Virus record (IMG/VR): IMGVR_UViG_3300027749_002876
Span: 62,001-126,000 of that record
Reading direction: 5' to 3' (one strand)
Length of the DNA stretch: 64,000 nucleotides
The notes beneath the pieces are model-generated. The model was not told where the DNA came from, searched no databases, and saw only the letters and a list, made by a program, of their open reading frames with translations. Made by a program: the position numbers and the translations under genes. Position 1 is the stretch's first letter; each line of letters begins with the position of its first letter. This document shows, piece after piece, positions 19,038 to 28,140 of this stretch.

Positions 19038-19784
19038 TCAATAAGCTAATGCAATCATTTTAGCTTCAGGAATACGAGTTTTTGTATTCTTGCTACCCAA
19101 TAAGACCACTGTTCGTATACCGCGTTCAGTGGTCAACATCATTACAATACATCCACCACTCTTAGTAATCCATCCGGTCTTACTAACAATAAACTCATAA
19201 CCATGACCGACTAAAGTGTTGGTATTGTTAAAGAATGCAGTTTTCTTTTTATTGATTGCCATTTTCATAGAATCTTTATTACTATCTTCATTGATGGTTT
19301 GATACTTGCTTGCGGCAATAACAAGCTTAACTAAATCTTCTGCGGTACTTACATTGAATACACTTAATCCAGTAGGCTCAAGATATTTTGTGTCATTCAT
19401 TTCTAATGACTTAGCCTTCTCATTCATTGCCTGTATACAGGCAAATGAGCCCATTGGGTATTTTTGACAAAGTAATGTTGCGGCTTGATTGTCTGATTTG
19501 ATGATGGCAAGACTAATTAAGTCACGCCTAGATAGTTTTTTATTATAGAGTTTTGTAGAGATAATCTCATCTAAATCTTGCTGTGCATCTAACACAACCA
19601 TAACAGTCATAAGTTTAGTAATGCTTGCAACACTACGAATATCTTTGGTGTGATTGCCATCTAATATTTTGCCATTACCGTCAGCTACTAGCCAGGACTG
19701 TGCTGTTAATGGTACTACTTGTGCATGTGCTCCAAAATGCAAGAGGCACAACAATATAAAAATTCTAAGCATTCTTTTATCCAA
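19038..19784 (-). CDS. D-Ala-D-Ala endo/carboxypeptidase (peptidase S11, PbpG-like)
   Basis: Signal peptide; ASITK (SxxK), SDN (SxN), KTG. Confidence 0.92.
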   Translation of the reverse strand: MDKRMLRIFILLCLLHFGAHAQVVPLTAQSWLVADGNGKILDGNHTKDIRSVASITKLMTVMVVLDAQQDLDEIISTKLYNKKLSRRDLISLAIIKSDNQAATLLCQKYPMGSFACIQAMNEKAKSLEMNDTKYLEPTGLSVFNVSTAEDLVKLVIAASKYQTINEDSNKDSMKMAINKKKTAFFNNTNTLVGHGYEFIVSKTGWITKSGGCIVMMLTTERGIRTVVLLGSKNTKTRIPEAKMIALAY

Positions 19785-19791
19785 TCATTCA

Positions 19792-20115
19792 TTATAGGCT
19801 CAAAGATTTCTTATTTGGCATAACTTTAAAATGTGTGCCTGTACCAACCACACAACTTAAATCACCCTTAGTAGCAATTATAGTCCAATTACCATCTATA
19901 GGGTTGACCCAAAGAGACATCGTAGATTTGGCAACATCGTCTGCTTTGCCTATTAAAATCGGAGACTCTTTATAATTTTTCTTTAGTGTATTAAATAATA
20001 CAATAGTATTGTAACATGGCAATTCAATATTTACAATCTCTTCGGACACAATAGATTCTTCAGCGTATGCTAATGAAACTAAAAGTGCCATTAGTAGGGT
20101 AATAATTGTTTTCAT
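19792..20115 (-). CDS. Secreted hypothetical protein
   Basis: Signal peptide; WTII...SCVVGTG. Confidence 0.7.
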   Translation of the reverse strand: MKTIITLLMALLVSLAYAEESIVSEEIVNIELPCYNTIVLFNTLKKNYKESPILIGKADDVAKSTMSLWVNPIDGNWTIIATKGDLSCVVGTGTHFKVMPNKKSLSL

Positions 20116-20179
20116 TAGTTATTTATATTATGGAATTTATCTACATAGTTTTACACCCATATTTCTAAATAAATACCAT

Positions 20180-20950
20180 ATGAAAACATATCGTTCTATT
20201 TTTGTGAGTGATGTACATTTGGGTACCAAAGATAGTCAGGCTGATAAGTTAAATAATTTTTTAAAACACAATAGTTGTGACACACTGTATTTGGTAGGTG
20301 ATATTATAGATGCGTGGCGTATACAACAAAACAGGTGGCGATGGAAACAAAGCCATACCAATGTGGTTCGTAGAGTATTAGGTCATGCCAAACGTGGCAC
20401 TAGAGTTGTTTATATAGCAGGTAATCATGATGAGTTTCTTAGGCCAATGATTCCATATGGATTCAGTTTTGGTCTAGTAGAGATTCATAATCAAATAGAA
20501 CACATAGGTGCAGATGGCAAACATTATCTAGTAACCCACGGGGACTTGTTTGATGGTATCACAAGACTAGCACCGTGGATAGCATTTTTAGGAGACAAAG
20601 CATATGATATCATTTTATCGCTCAATAGTAGGTTCAATTGGATACGTCATCGTTTTGGTTTTGGGTACTTTAGTCTTAGTAAATATCTTAAATCAAAAGT
20701 AAAAAAAGCAGTAGATTTTATTTTTCATTTTGAAAAGAACCTAGCTGCCTATTGTAAAAAGCGAGGGTTTGATGGTGTAATATGTGGTCACATACACCAA
20801 GCAGAAATCAAATACATTGATGGGATTCGATATATGAACGACGGTGATTGGGTAGAATCCTGTACGGCACTAGTAGAACATCATGATGGCAAGTGGGAAA
20901 TAATTACATGGACTAAACAAAATGACAAAAACGATATTGATAATCACTGA
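20180..20950 (+). CDS. PlcP-like phospholipase C (LpxH/COG2908 metallophosphoesterase family)
   Basis: YRSIFVSDVHLG, YLVGDIID.W, GNHDEFLR, THGD.FD, ICGHIH, NDGDWVESCTALVE. Confidence 0.85.
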   Translation: MKTYRSIFVSDVHLGTKDSQADKLNNFLKHNSCDTLYLVGDIIDAWRIQQNRWRWKQSHTNVVRRVLGHAKRGTRVVYIAGNHDEFLRPMIPYGFSFGLVEIHNQIEHIGADGKHYLVTHGDLFDGITRLAPWIAFLGDKAYDIILSLNSRFNWIRHRFGFGYFSLSKYLKSKVKKAVDFIFHFEKNLAAYCKKRGFDGVICGHIHQAEIKYIDGIRYMNDGDWVESCTALVEHHDGKWEIITWTKQNDKNDIDNH

Positions 20951-21941
20951 TAACTTACCGGAGCAAATAAATGGCGTGGTCACGACCTACACGAATATTG
21001 AGACATGTGCGGTTTTGGATGGTTATAAGTTTGTGGTGTTGCATCCCGGGTGGTTCAGCTACATTGATTGTCCTAGCTACAACGAAGTCAAGATTGCCTA
21101 TCCAAGGAACTTGGGCCAGAAGGTTAAGGAGATCGATCCGGATTATATCCATATCGCCACAGAAGGTCCTCTTGGTCTGTGGGGTAGAAAGTATCTGTCA
21201 CTATGTAATATTAGGCACAATACCGCTTATCATACTAAATTTCCTGAGGGTTTAAAGAAACTATTTGGCATACCTGAAAGTCTCACTTGGGTATTTGTTC
21301 GTTGGTTTCATAAGCACAGCGGTAAAGTATTGACTACTACAGACTCAATGGTTCAAGAATTACGTAAGCATGGATTCACCGGTGAAGTTGTTTCTTGGAC
21401 TAGAGGTGTTGACAGAACAATATTTGATCCATCTCTTAGAGAAGAATTACCTAGCAAGTATTTGCTATGTGTTAGTCGTGTTAGCAAAGAAAAAAACCTA
21501 GAAGATTTTTTTAAATTAGATTATTTCGGGTATCAAAAGATCATGGTAGGTGATGGCCCCATGTTAGAGACCTACAAAAAGAAATACCCAGATGTACACT
21601 TTACTGGATTTAAAACAGGAGTAGATTTAGCTAGGTATTATGCTAATGCTGATGTGTTTGTGTTTCCTAGTCGTTGGGAAACATTTGGTTTAGTAATGAT
21701 TGAATCAATGGCGTGTGGTACCCCTGTCGCGGCTTATCCTTGTCAAGGCCCCGTAGATGTTATAGATGAAGGTGTTACTGGTTGTATGAACAATAATTTA
21801 AAACAGGCTGTGACTGATGCATTAGCGTTAAAAAGAGAAGTAGTACTGAGTGGGAGCAACAGATGGACTTGGCAAAAGGCATGGGAAATATTTAGAGATA
21901 ATCTAGTCCCTGTCACATCATTGTCACATAATATGCGTTAA
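20922..21941 (+). CDS. GT4 glycosyltransferase (Agt-like diacylglycerol glycosyltransferase)
   Basis: TD..P.Q.NGVV.T, HIATEGPLG, YHTKFPE, RVSKEKN, FPS..ETFGLV..ESMACGTPV. Confidence 0.85.
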   Translation: MTKTILIITDNLPEQINGVVTTYTNIETCAVLDGYKFVVLHPGWFSYIDCPSYNEVKIAYPRNLGQKVKEIDPDYIHIATEGPLGLWGRKYLSLCNIRHNTAYHTKFPEGLKKLFGIPESLTWVFVRWFHKHSGKVLTTTDSMVQELRKHGFTGEVVSWTRGVDRTIFDPSLREELPSKYLLCVSRVSKEKNLEDFFKLDYFGYQKIMVGDGPMLETYKKKYPDVHFTGFKTGVDLARYYANADVFVFPSRWETFGLVMIESMACGTPVAAYPCQGPVDVIDEGVTGCMNNNLKQAVTDALALKREVVLSGSNRWTWQKAWEIFRDNLVPVTSLSHNMR

Positions 21942-21991
21942 ATAATTATGTGCCATGGTGGCACACAATTAACACCCACAAGGAGAAACAC

Positions 21992-22645
21992 ATGAGATTA
22001 GATGACTTAGCCGTAAGATTAGTAGCAGTAGAAGCCAAATTAGCATCACTAACTGGAACATCAGTTAACACAGACAATGCAAAAAACATTGATGAACTAG
22101 ACGCAAGACTATCAGTAGTTGAAGCACAAATCGATCAGTTAGTAGCTGTAAAAACTCAAGAGCATGTTGACGCTATTGTTGCCGCAGCCGCACAAGCAGT
22201 TGAAAGCATACAAGCCGCAGTTGCAGAAGTAGTTGCACTTTCTCCAAGTGCTGACCACGCAGAAGCCGCTGACATCGTTACTGACGTTGTTACAGCACAA
22301 GCAGAAGCAGATGCAGTTGATCACCCAGAAGTTGCTGACATTATTTCAGCCGCAGTTCAAGCAGTTGTTGCCGCAGAGCCAGAAGTTGTTACAGATCCAG
22401 TAGCAATCACAGCCGCTATCATGGAAGCAGTTGCTGAAATGCCAGCTCCGGCCCCAGAAGTTGCAGAAGAAGTTGCAGCCGCAGTTGCTGAAGTTATTGC
22501 AGCCGCAACAGGTGAAGAAGTTGCTCCAGAAATACACGCTGACATCGTTGAAGCAGTTGCAGCTCCTTCAAATCAAGCACTAGATGATATCGAAGCACGT
22601 TTGGAAGTTGCAGAAGCTAAAGTTGATACATTATTAGGAAAATAA
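21992..22645 (+). CDS. Very acidic Ala/Val/Glu-rich protein with three coiled-coil motifs
   Basis: AGGAG SD before ATG at 21992; LD(D/E)(L/I)..RL...EA repeats. Confidence 0.75.
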   Translation: MRLDDLAVRLVAVEAKLASLTGTSVNTDNAKNIDELDARLSVVEAQIDQLVAVKTQEHVDAIVAAAAQAVESIQAAVAEVVALSPSADHAEAADIVTDVVTAQAEADAVDHPEVADIISAAVQAVVAAEPEVVTDPVAITAAIMEAVAEMPAPAPEVAEEVAAAVAEVIAAATGEEVAPEIHADIVEAVAAPSNQALDDIEARLEVAEAKVDTLLGK

Positions 22646-22685
22646 TAGCTAGCATTTGATGTTGGTTTTCAACCTTTTTTAAATC

Positions 22686-22752
22686 GGGCACAAGATAGAG
22701 TGCCGCTGGATTCTCGTAACCAGTACTAAGGGTTCGGTAGGGCTCTTTTTTA
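22686..22752 (+). ncRNA. Candidate structured RNA: two hairpins plus a terminator
   Basis: GGCAC/GTGCC, GCTGG/CCAGT, then AGGGTTC-GGTA-GGGCTCT and a T-tract. Confidence 0.5.
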
Positions 22753-22802
22753 TTGGATAGTAGTAAGACAATTTACCTACTACCTAGCATAAATACAATA
22801 CT

Positions 22803-23621
22803 ATGAAAAAACTACTACTATTATTATTTGTATTTATTAGTTCAGTTGTCAACGCACAATTACCAACTAGTAATGTACCGCTACCCGCTGATATTGCCGC
22901 AATTAAGAAAGCAAACGTTCTTATTGTAGCAATGACCAAAAAAGATAACCCTCCCTTCTTCAGTGGTAGCGAGGATGATATCCATGGTCTTGACGTTGAA
23001 ATTGCACGAAGAATTGGAGTAATGCTTGGAGTTCCTGTACAGTTTAGACGAGATGCAGAAAGTTTTGCAGAAGTTGTAGAACAAGTTCGAGACGGGCGTG
23101 CCGATGTTGCAGTTAGCAAATTATCTGTAACCGGCCCTAGATTGCAAGTAGTTAGATTCAGTGATCCTTACATCAAACTAAGACAAAGTTTAGTTATCAA
23201 TCGATTATGGCTAAGCCAAAATAGTCAAGGTCGTGAAGTATATCAAGTCATTAGAAATTTCAATGGTAAAATAAGTTTCATTCGCAACTCAAGCTATGAC
23301 ACATTTGCACGTACTAATTTCCCTAATGCCACGTTTCTTCCGGAAGATAAATGGGATGTGATTATTGACAAAGTTACACGTGGTGATATTGCAGCCGCTT
23401 ATCGTGATGAATTTGAGATTAAGAAAATTGCTTTTGAAAAACCAGAAGCCGCAATCAGTACAAAGAGTATCACAATCAGTGACAGCGTGGATAACATTGC
23501 TGTTGCGGTAAATCCTAAATCATTACAATTGTTAAGTATTATTAATTATGTTATTAAAAATGAATACAACAATATTGACACTAAGAAGTTGATGGACCGC
23601 TACAAAGCTGAAAAGAAATAA
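22803..23621 (+). CDS. Amino-acid ABC-type periplasmic binding protein (SBP family 3)
   Basis: Signal peptide; PPF, GLDVEIA..I...LGV, D.A.S.LS.T..R...V.FS.PY. Confidence 0.9.
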   Translation: MKKLLLLLFVFISSVVNAQLPTSNVPLPADIAAIKKANVLIVAMTKKDNPPFFSGSEDDIHGLDVEIARRIGVMLGVPVQFRRDAESFAEVVEQVRDGRADVAVSKLSVTGPRLQVVRFSDPYIKLRQSLVINRLWLSQNSQGREVYQVIRNFNGKISFIRNSSYDTFARTNFPNATFLPEDKWDVIIDKVTRGDIAAAYRDEFEIKKIAFEKPEAAISTKSITISDSVDNIAVAVNPKSLQLLSIINYVIKNEYNNIDTKKLMDRYKAEKK

Positions 23622-23630
23622 GGATATAAA

Positions 23631-24905
23631 ATGAAATTTAATTTAAAAAACTTCTTATCTAGTCCGTGGACTATTTTAGGATCAATTATACTTGGAGTAC
23701 TGGCAGGAATATATGCTCCTGCACAAAGTATGAACTTTGAAAGTGTTGGAGGAATTTACATTAGCTTGCTTAAAGTTGTGGTAATACCTTTCTTACTTGC
23801 AACTATTTTGGTTGGTGTTATCAGCCTACTACAAAAAGAAGGCAGTGCCGCAATGATACGCAAAATTATCATTGGCTTTGTTGGCAGTATGTTCTTGGCC
23901 GCAGTTATTGGTGTTGGTACTGTTGCACTGACCGGCAGCGAAATGACTCCTGCAAAACAAGCACAACTTGGTGCTATTGTCAACGATAAAGAATCTGGTA
24001 GTGATCTTAACATAACACTAAAAGAACCAATGCCTGCCGCACCGCACGTTGACCCAATGCAAATGGCACAGAAGTTTATTCCAGAAAATATTTTTAATAC
24101 ACTAGCCGCTGGCGAGAGTTTAAAGATTGTTATCTTTTGTTTAATCTTTGGTATTGCATTAGGTAACTTAAAAACTACTGGTCAAGAAATGCTAGTGGAT
24201 ATATTAAAGAGCGTACAACAGGCCAGTATCAGTATTTTTAAATTCTTAAACTACTTTCTACCGTTTGCACTATTGGCAATGATTAGCAGCCAAGTTGGTA
24301 AGGTTGGAGTTGGTATTTTCTTGACCATGGTTGAGTTTATCATGCAACAGGCCATTGGTGGATTGCTTGTTGTTATTGCTGGTACTATTGTTATTTGGCA
24401 ACGTTCAGGACTAAGCTTAATGACTGTTATTAAAGAAACTAAGGAAACATTAATTGTGGCTGTTAGTTCACGCAGTAGTTTAGCATGTATTCCTTATGCA
24501 CAAGAAGCACTGCACAAATTACATTTTGATAGAACTGGTGTAGAATTAACCGTGCCATTAAGTTTTACAGTTAACCGTATTGGTAGTATTGTTTATTACG
24601 CAATTGCCACAGTATTTATTGCCAACATCTACGGTGCACCTATGGGAGTAACTGGTTTGCTGGTTGTATTGTTTGGTAGTATTTTAGCTGGATTAGCAAG
24701 TGCTGGTACAACAGGTATCTTAACAGTTGCTACAGTAGCAGTCGTTTGTGATTTATTAAAACTACCAAGTGAAGCGGTATTAGTATTATTAATTGCAGTT
24801 GATCCGTTAATGGACATGATTCGCACAGCAAGTCATGTACACGGCAATGTGGCAGTAACAGCATTTGTCTGCGACAAAGAGATAACAGATAATGGACAAA
24901 CTTAA
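23631..24905 (+). CDS. Dicarboxylate/amino-acid:cation symporter (GltP/SDF family)
   Basis: LLK..VIP, IPENIF, SSRSS, PL..TVN, AVDPLMDM.RT..HV.GN. Confidence 0.92.
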   Translation: MKFNLKNFLSSPWTILGSIILGVLAGIYAPAQSMNFESVGGIYISLLKVVVIPFLLATILVGVISLLQKEGSAAMIRKIIIGFVGSMFLAAVIGVGTVALTGSEMTPAKQAQLGAIVNDKESGSDLNITLKEPMPAAPHVDPMQMAQKFIPENIFNTLAAGESLKIVIFCLIFGIALGNLKTTGQEMLVDILKSVQQASISIFKFLNYFLPFALLAMISSQVGKVGVGIFLTMVEFIMQQAIGGLLVVIAGTIVIWQRSGLSLMTVIKETKETLIVAVSSRSSLACIPYAQEALHKLHFDRTGVELTVPLSFTVNRIGSIVYYAIATVFIANIYGAPMGVTGLLVVLFGSILAGLASAGTTGILTVATVAVVCDLLKLPSEAVLVLLIAVDPLMDMIRTASHVHGNVAVTAFVCDKEITDNGQT

Positions 24906-25506
24906 AGATTTTCTTTTAAGTTTATTAACCTATATAGGCGAGAGTCCATTTCGTTTATTCACAGTTGTATTCCTTTGCATAATTGGATTTGGCGGCTGGA
25001 TTGTCTATTCAGAAAAAGATGCCTTTATGGCCAGCTATCGTGCCCAACAAGCACTGCCTCGAATGAATGGTGAGTATGAAAAAGCCACTAACTTTATACT
25101 TAAAAACAGCCAAGCAGAATTAATAGCCATATTTGAAGTCAATACTTTATTAAACACTAGAAAATTGGTATACTTTGCCACACGCAAAGGCGGACAAGAA
25201 AAGGGGATGTATGGCACTGATGTTGGCTTGTTGACCAAAAACTACGACAACAATAACGATGTGATTTCCATGATGTCAGGCAAGATACCTTGCCAAACTT
25301 ACGAGAAACCTCAAAGTATGATGGGATTCATTTATGTTGAAAAAGGCGTCAAGTGGATGTGTCGTATCAGCGTTCCAGCAGAACCTGGCATATTTATTGG
25401 ACAAATATCAGTAGGTTGGACTGAGGTACCTATAGATAAAATGCCCGTCGATACACAACAAACTGTAATGATTGTGGCTAGCGGCTTACTGTATAACAAG
25501 AAATGA
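24892..25506 (+). CDS. Putative T4-t/T5-type holin (one TM plus periplasmic GAF-like domain)
   Basis: Single TM near residues 22-39; C-terminal C...P....IGQISVGW resembles T5 holin C.P....AGYIGIAW. Confidence 0.5.
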   Translation: MDKLKDFLLSLLTYIGESPFRLFTVVFLCIIGFGGWIVYSEKDAFMASYRAQQALPRMNGEYEKATNFILKNSQAELIAIFEVNTLLNTRKLVYFATRKGGQEKGMYGTDVGLLTKNYDNNNDVISMMSGKIPCQTYEKPQSMMGFIYVEKGVKWMCRISVPAEPGIFIGQISVGWTEVPIDKMPVDTQQTVMIVASGLLYNKK

Positions 25507-25564
25507 GACTTCCCTCTGTCATGGCTGGTTTCATTTTTTTAATTATTTTAATAATTATATTTTT

Positions 25565-26290
25565 ATGAAAAAATTAGGTGTATTGGGCGGAATGGGTCCT
25601 GCAGCCAGTGCTGAATTTATAGTTAGACTAATTCAACAAACACCTGCTAGCAAAGACCAAGATCATATTCCGTTTGTTCTTTGGAACAATCCACAAATCC
25701 CCGACCGTAGCACCAGCATGAGAAACGGTGATGACAAACCATTACCTTACTTGATAGAAGGTATACAGGCATTAAAATATTCAGGTTGCGATTTAATTGT
25801 TATACCTTGCAATACAGCACACTTTTGGTATCATGAATTAAGTAGATTGAATGTGAAAATTATTCACATTGTGGATAGTGTTGCTGACGCATTAAGTGAA
25901 ATAGATGTTACTAATACTACTATAGGGGTAATGGGTACACAAGCTACAGTTGAGTTTGGATTATATCAATACATGTTGAACAAGTCAGGATGGAATTGTA
26001 TCACCCCTACAAAAGAGGAAATGGATACATTAGTACAACCAGCTATTGATTTAATTAAAAGTGGCAATATTTCACAAGCACAACTCATGTTAATGACAGT
26101 AATAAACAGTTTGATTGATAGAGGTGCCAAAGCAGTGGTATTGGGTTGTACAGAAATACCATTGGCAATAAAGCAGACTGAAGAAAATGGTATACCTATC
26201 ATCAATAGTATTGATAGTTTGGTTAAGATAGCAATCAGGAATTTTAACCCAATGTATTTGAATAGTCATGTCGATTGTGATATAATCTAG
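25565..26290 (+). CDS. Aspartate/glutamate racemase
   Basis: LGVLGGMGP.AS, PDR, PCNTAH, LGCTEIP (two catalytic Cys). Confidence 0.93.
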   Translation: MKKLGVLGGMGPAASAEFIVRLIQQTPASKDQDHIPFVLWNNPQIPDRSTSMRNGDDKPLPYLIEGIQALKYSGCDLIVIPCNTAHFWYHELSRLNVKIIHIVDSVADALSEIDVTNTTIGVMGTQATVEFGLYQYMLNKSGWNCITPTKEEMDTLVQPAIDLIKSGNISQAQLMLMTVINSLIDRGAKAVVLGCTEIPLAIKQTEENGIPIINSIDSLVKIAIRNFNPMYLNSHVDCDII

Positions 26291-26292
26291 GA

Positions 26293-26838
26293 ATGAAGAT
26301 AAAAGAAATCAAATCAAAAATGCCCCATCTATATCTAGATATGGATGGCGTACAAGCCGACTTCTTTGGAGCTTGGGCCGCAATGCATAATGTTGGTAAT
26401 TACAAAGAAATCCCTGATACTGAAACATCTATTAATCAATTAGCCTCAAGTAGCCCTCTAGAAGTTTATAATTTTTTTAGAGAACTAAAACCTCTAGAAG
26501 GTGGAAATAGAGTGGTACAATGGTTGAATCAGAATAACATTCCATATACTGTGTTAAGTGCTCCTTTACGAGGCCCATATGCTAGTGCTAGCGTAGAGGC
26601 TAAAAAAGATTGGTTAGACGAACATAATCCTAGTGCTACTCAAAACGCTATCTTTACACAACACAAACACAAATATGCACTAAAAAATGGTGAGCCAAAT
26701 GTCTTAGTAGATGATTATGGCAAGTATTTAAATCTTTGGAGTAATGCAGGTGGTATTGCTGTAAAACATGAAGATAGTAATACACAATATACTATCGATG
26801 AGTTAGAAAAGATTTACTCACCTTACATAAACAGATAA
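26293..26838 (+). CDS. HAD-family 5'(3')-deoxyribonucleotidase
   Basis: DMDGVQADF, LSAP, K..W, LVDD. Confidence 0.85.
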   Translation: MKIKEIKSKMPHLYLDMDGVQADFFGAWAAMHNVGNYKEIPDTETSINQLASSSPLEVYNFFRELKPLEGGNRVVQWLNQNNIPYTVLSAPLRGPYASASVEAKKDWLDEHNPSATQNAIFTQHKHKYALKNGEPNVLVDDYGKYLNLWSNAGGIAVKHEDSNTQYTIDELEKIYSPYINR

Positions 26839-26845
26839 GTAATAT

Positions 26846-27031
26846 ATGGCTAAAAAGAATCCAGCACAAGAAAATGTGAGATATGAAGTTATCACCCAAG
26901 AAGATCCTGAAAACGGTGATATGATTATTCCATTACCCCCACAACTCTTACGAGAGTTAGGTTGGAAAGAAGGAGATAATATTGATTTTCAGATTGATGA
27001 CAAGGGCAGAGTAATCATTAAAAAACTATGA
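26846..27031 (+). CDS. AbrB/MazE/SpoVT-like DNA-binding protein
   Basis: IPLP..LLRELGWKEGD. Confidence 0.75.
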   Translation: MAKKNPAQENVRYEVITQEDPENGDMIIPLPPQLLRELGWKEGDNIDFQIDDKGRVIIKKL

Positions 27032-27429
27032 CATATTCAATAAACACTACAATGAATAATACCTATATAGGTGACCCACTAACTACAGGTAGTAACGGAC
27101 AGGTTTATACAACATCTAGTACAGGCAATATTAACTGGGGTAATTTAAATGGTACATCTACCTCTTGGGCTACCCTTAGTCAAGACCCAAACTTGAGTGG
27201 TCATAGTCTTACAGTAAAAGGTACCGCTGACTTTGAAGGTGAAGTAACTATCAAGGGCAAGAGCCTAACTGGTATGATTGAAAAAATTGAAGAAAGATTG
27301 GCAATTCTTCATCCAAATGAAAAGTTAGAAGAAAAATGGGATGAGTTAAAAGAATTGGGCAAACGCTATAAAGAACTTGAAGCCGAAATAATAGAAAAAG
27401 AAAAAGTTTGGGCTATTCTTAAAAAGTAA
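27028..27429 (+). CDS. Hypothetical protein
   Basis: IEERLAIL.PN..LEEKW..LKEL. Confidence 0.7.
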   Translation: MTYSINTTMNNTYIGDPLTTGSNGQVYTTSSTGNINWGNLNGTSTSWATLSQDPNLSGHSLTVKGTADFEGEVTIKGKSLTGMIEKIEERLAILHPNEKLEEKWDELKELGKRYKELEAEIIEKEKVWAILKK

Positions 27430-27443
27430 TACTATAGTAATAC

Positions 27444-27472
27444 TTGACAAATAATCTATACCCTGCTATAAT
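27444..27472 (+). promoter_or_regulatory. Sigma70-type promoter
   Basis: TTGACA-17-TATAAT. Confidence 0.85.
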
Positions 27473-27504
27473 AGAAACTGTTTAACAACTATGACACACA
27501 CAAT

Positions 27505-27903
27505 ATGACCATGCATTTAGAAGGACCCTGGTTAAGTACCGATGGTAAACGTAAGGGCAAAATTAAATTTCGCAATGCTGACGAGGCACGTAAGGCACGT
27601 GAACTCGACCAATCTTGGAAAGACTTGCAAAAAAAGTGGGGAGTTGAAGCTGACGAGAAAAAGCGCAAACGTGCCATGTCTCAACCTACCCTTGACTATA
27701 AACTGTCTGCACCTCCGGGTCGTTCAACTTCTAACCATATTCACAGCCGTAATACAGGCGAAGCAGGGGCGGTCACATACAAAGCAAGTCCTCAATATAC
27801 AGGTACAAAAATTAAGGGCATTGGAACAATGCACAAGAGTAATGCAGTACCAGTGTTCAGTGACGAAGAAGCACACGATATCGCAACCATGCGCCGTGGA
27901 TAA
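27505..27903 (+). CDS. Conserved T4-like phage hypothetical protein
   Basis: YTGT...GI.TMHKSNAVP motif. Confidence 0.75.
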   Translation: MTMHLEGPWLSTDGKRKGKIKFRNADEARKARELDQSWKDLQKKWGVEADEKKRKRAMSQPTLDYKLSAPPGRSTSNHIHSRNTGEAGAVTYKASPQYTGTKIKGIGTMHKSNAVPVFSDEEAHDIATMRRG

Positions 27904-27924
27904 TAGGAGAAAATAGAAACACAT

Positions 27925-28140
27925 ATGGCTAAAGAAGAAGGTATTAAGATGGACGGTAAGGTAATAGATGTATTACCTAATGCTGTTTTTAGGGTAACGT
28001 TACATAGTGGTCAAACTGTCAACGGTTACATCTCGGGTAAAATGCGGCAACATGATATTAAAATTCTATTAGGTGACACAGTAGAAGTTGAATTTAGTCC
28101 ATATGATTTGACAAAAGGTCGTATTGTTAGGAGACGATAA
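27925..28140 (+). CDS. infA: Translation initiation factor IF-1
   Basis: MAKEE.I..DG.V.DVLPNA.FRV.L...ISGKMR...[22 protein letters not shown]. Confidence 0.97.
   Translation: MAKEEGIKMDGKVIDVLPNAVFRVTLHSGQTVNGYISGKMRQHDIKILLGDTVEVEFSPYDLTKGRIVRRR

Noticed and set aside
20180-20950. Lipid A biosynthesis enzyme LpxH
   Set aside because: Same family, but the motif pattern and the adjacent Agt-like GT4 fit PlcP better; no other lpx genes are present
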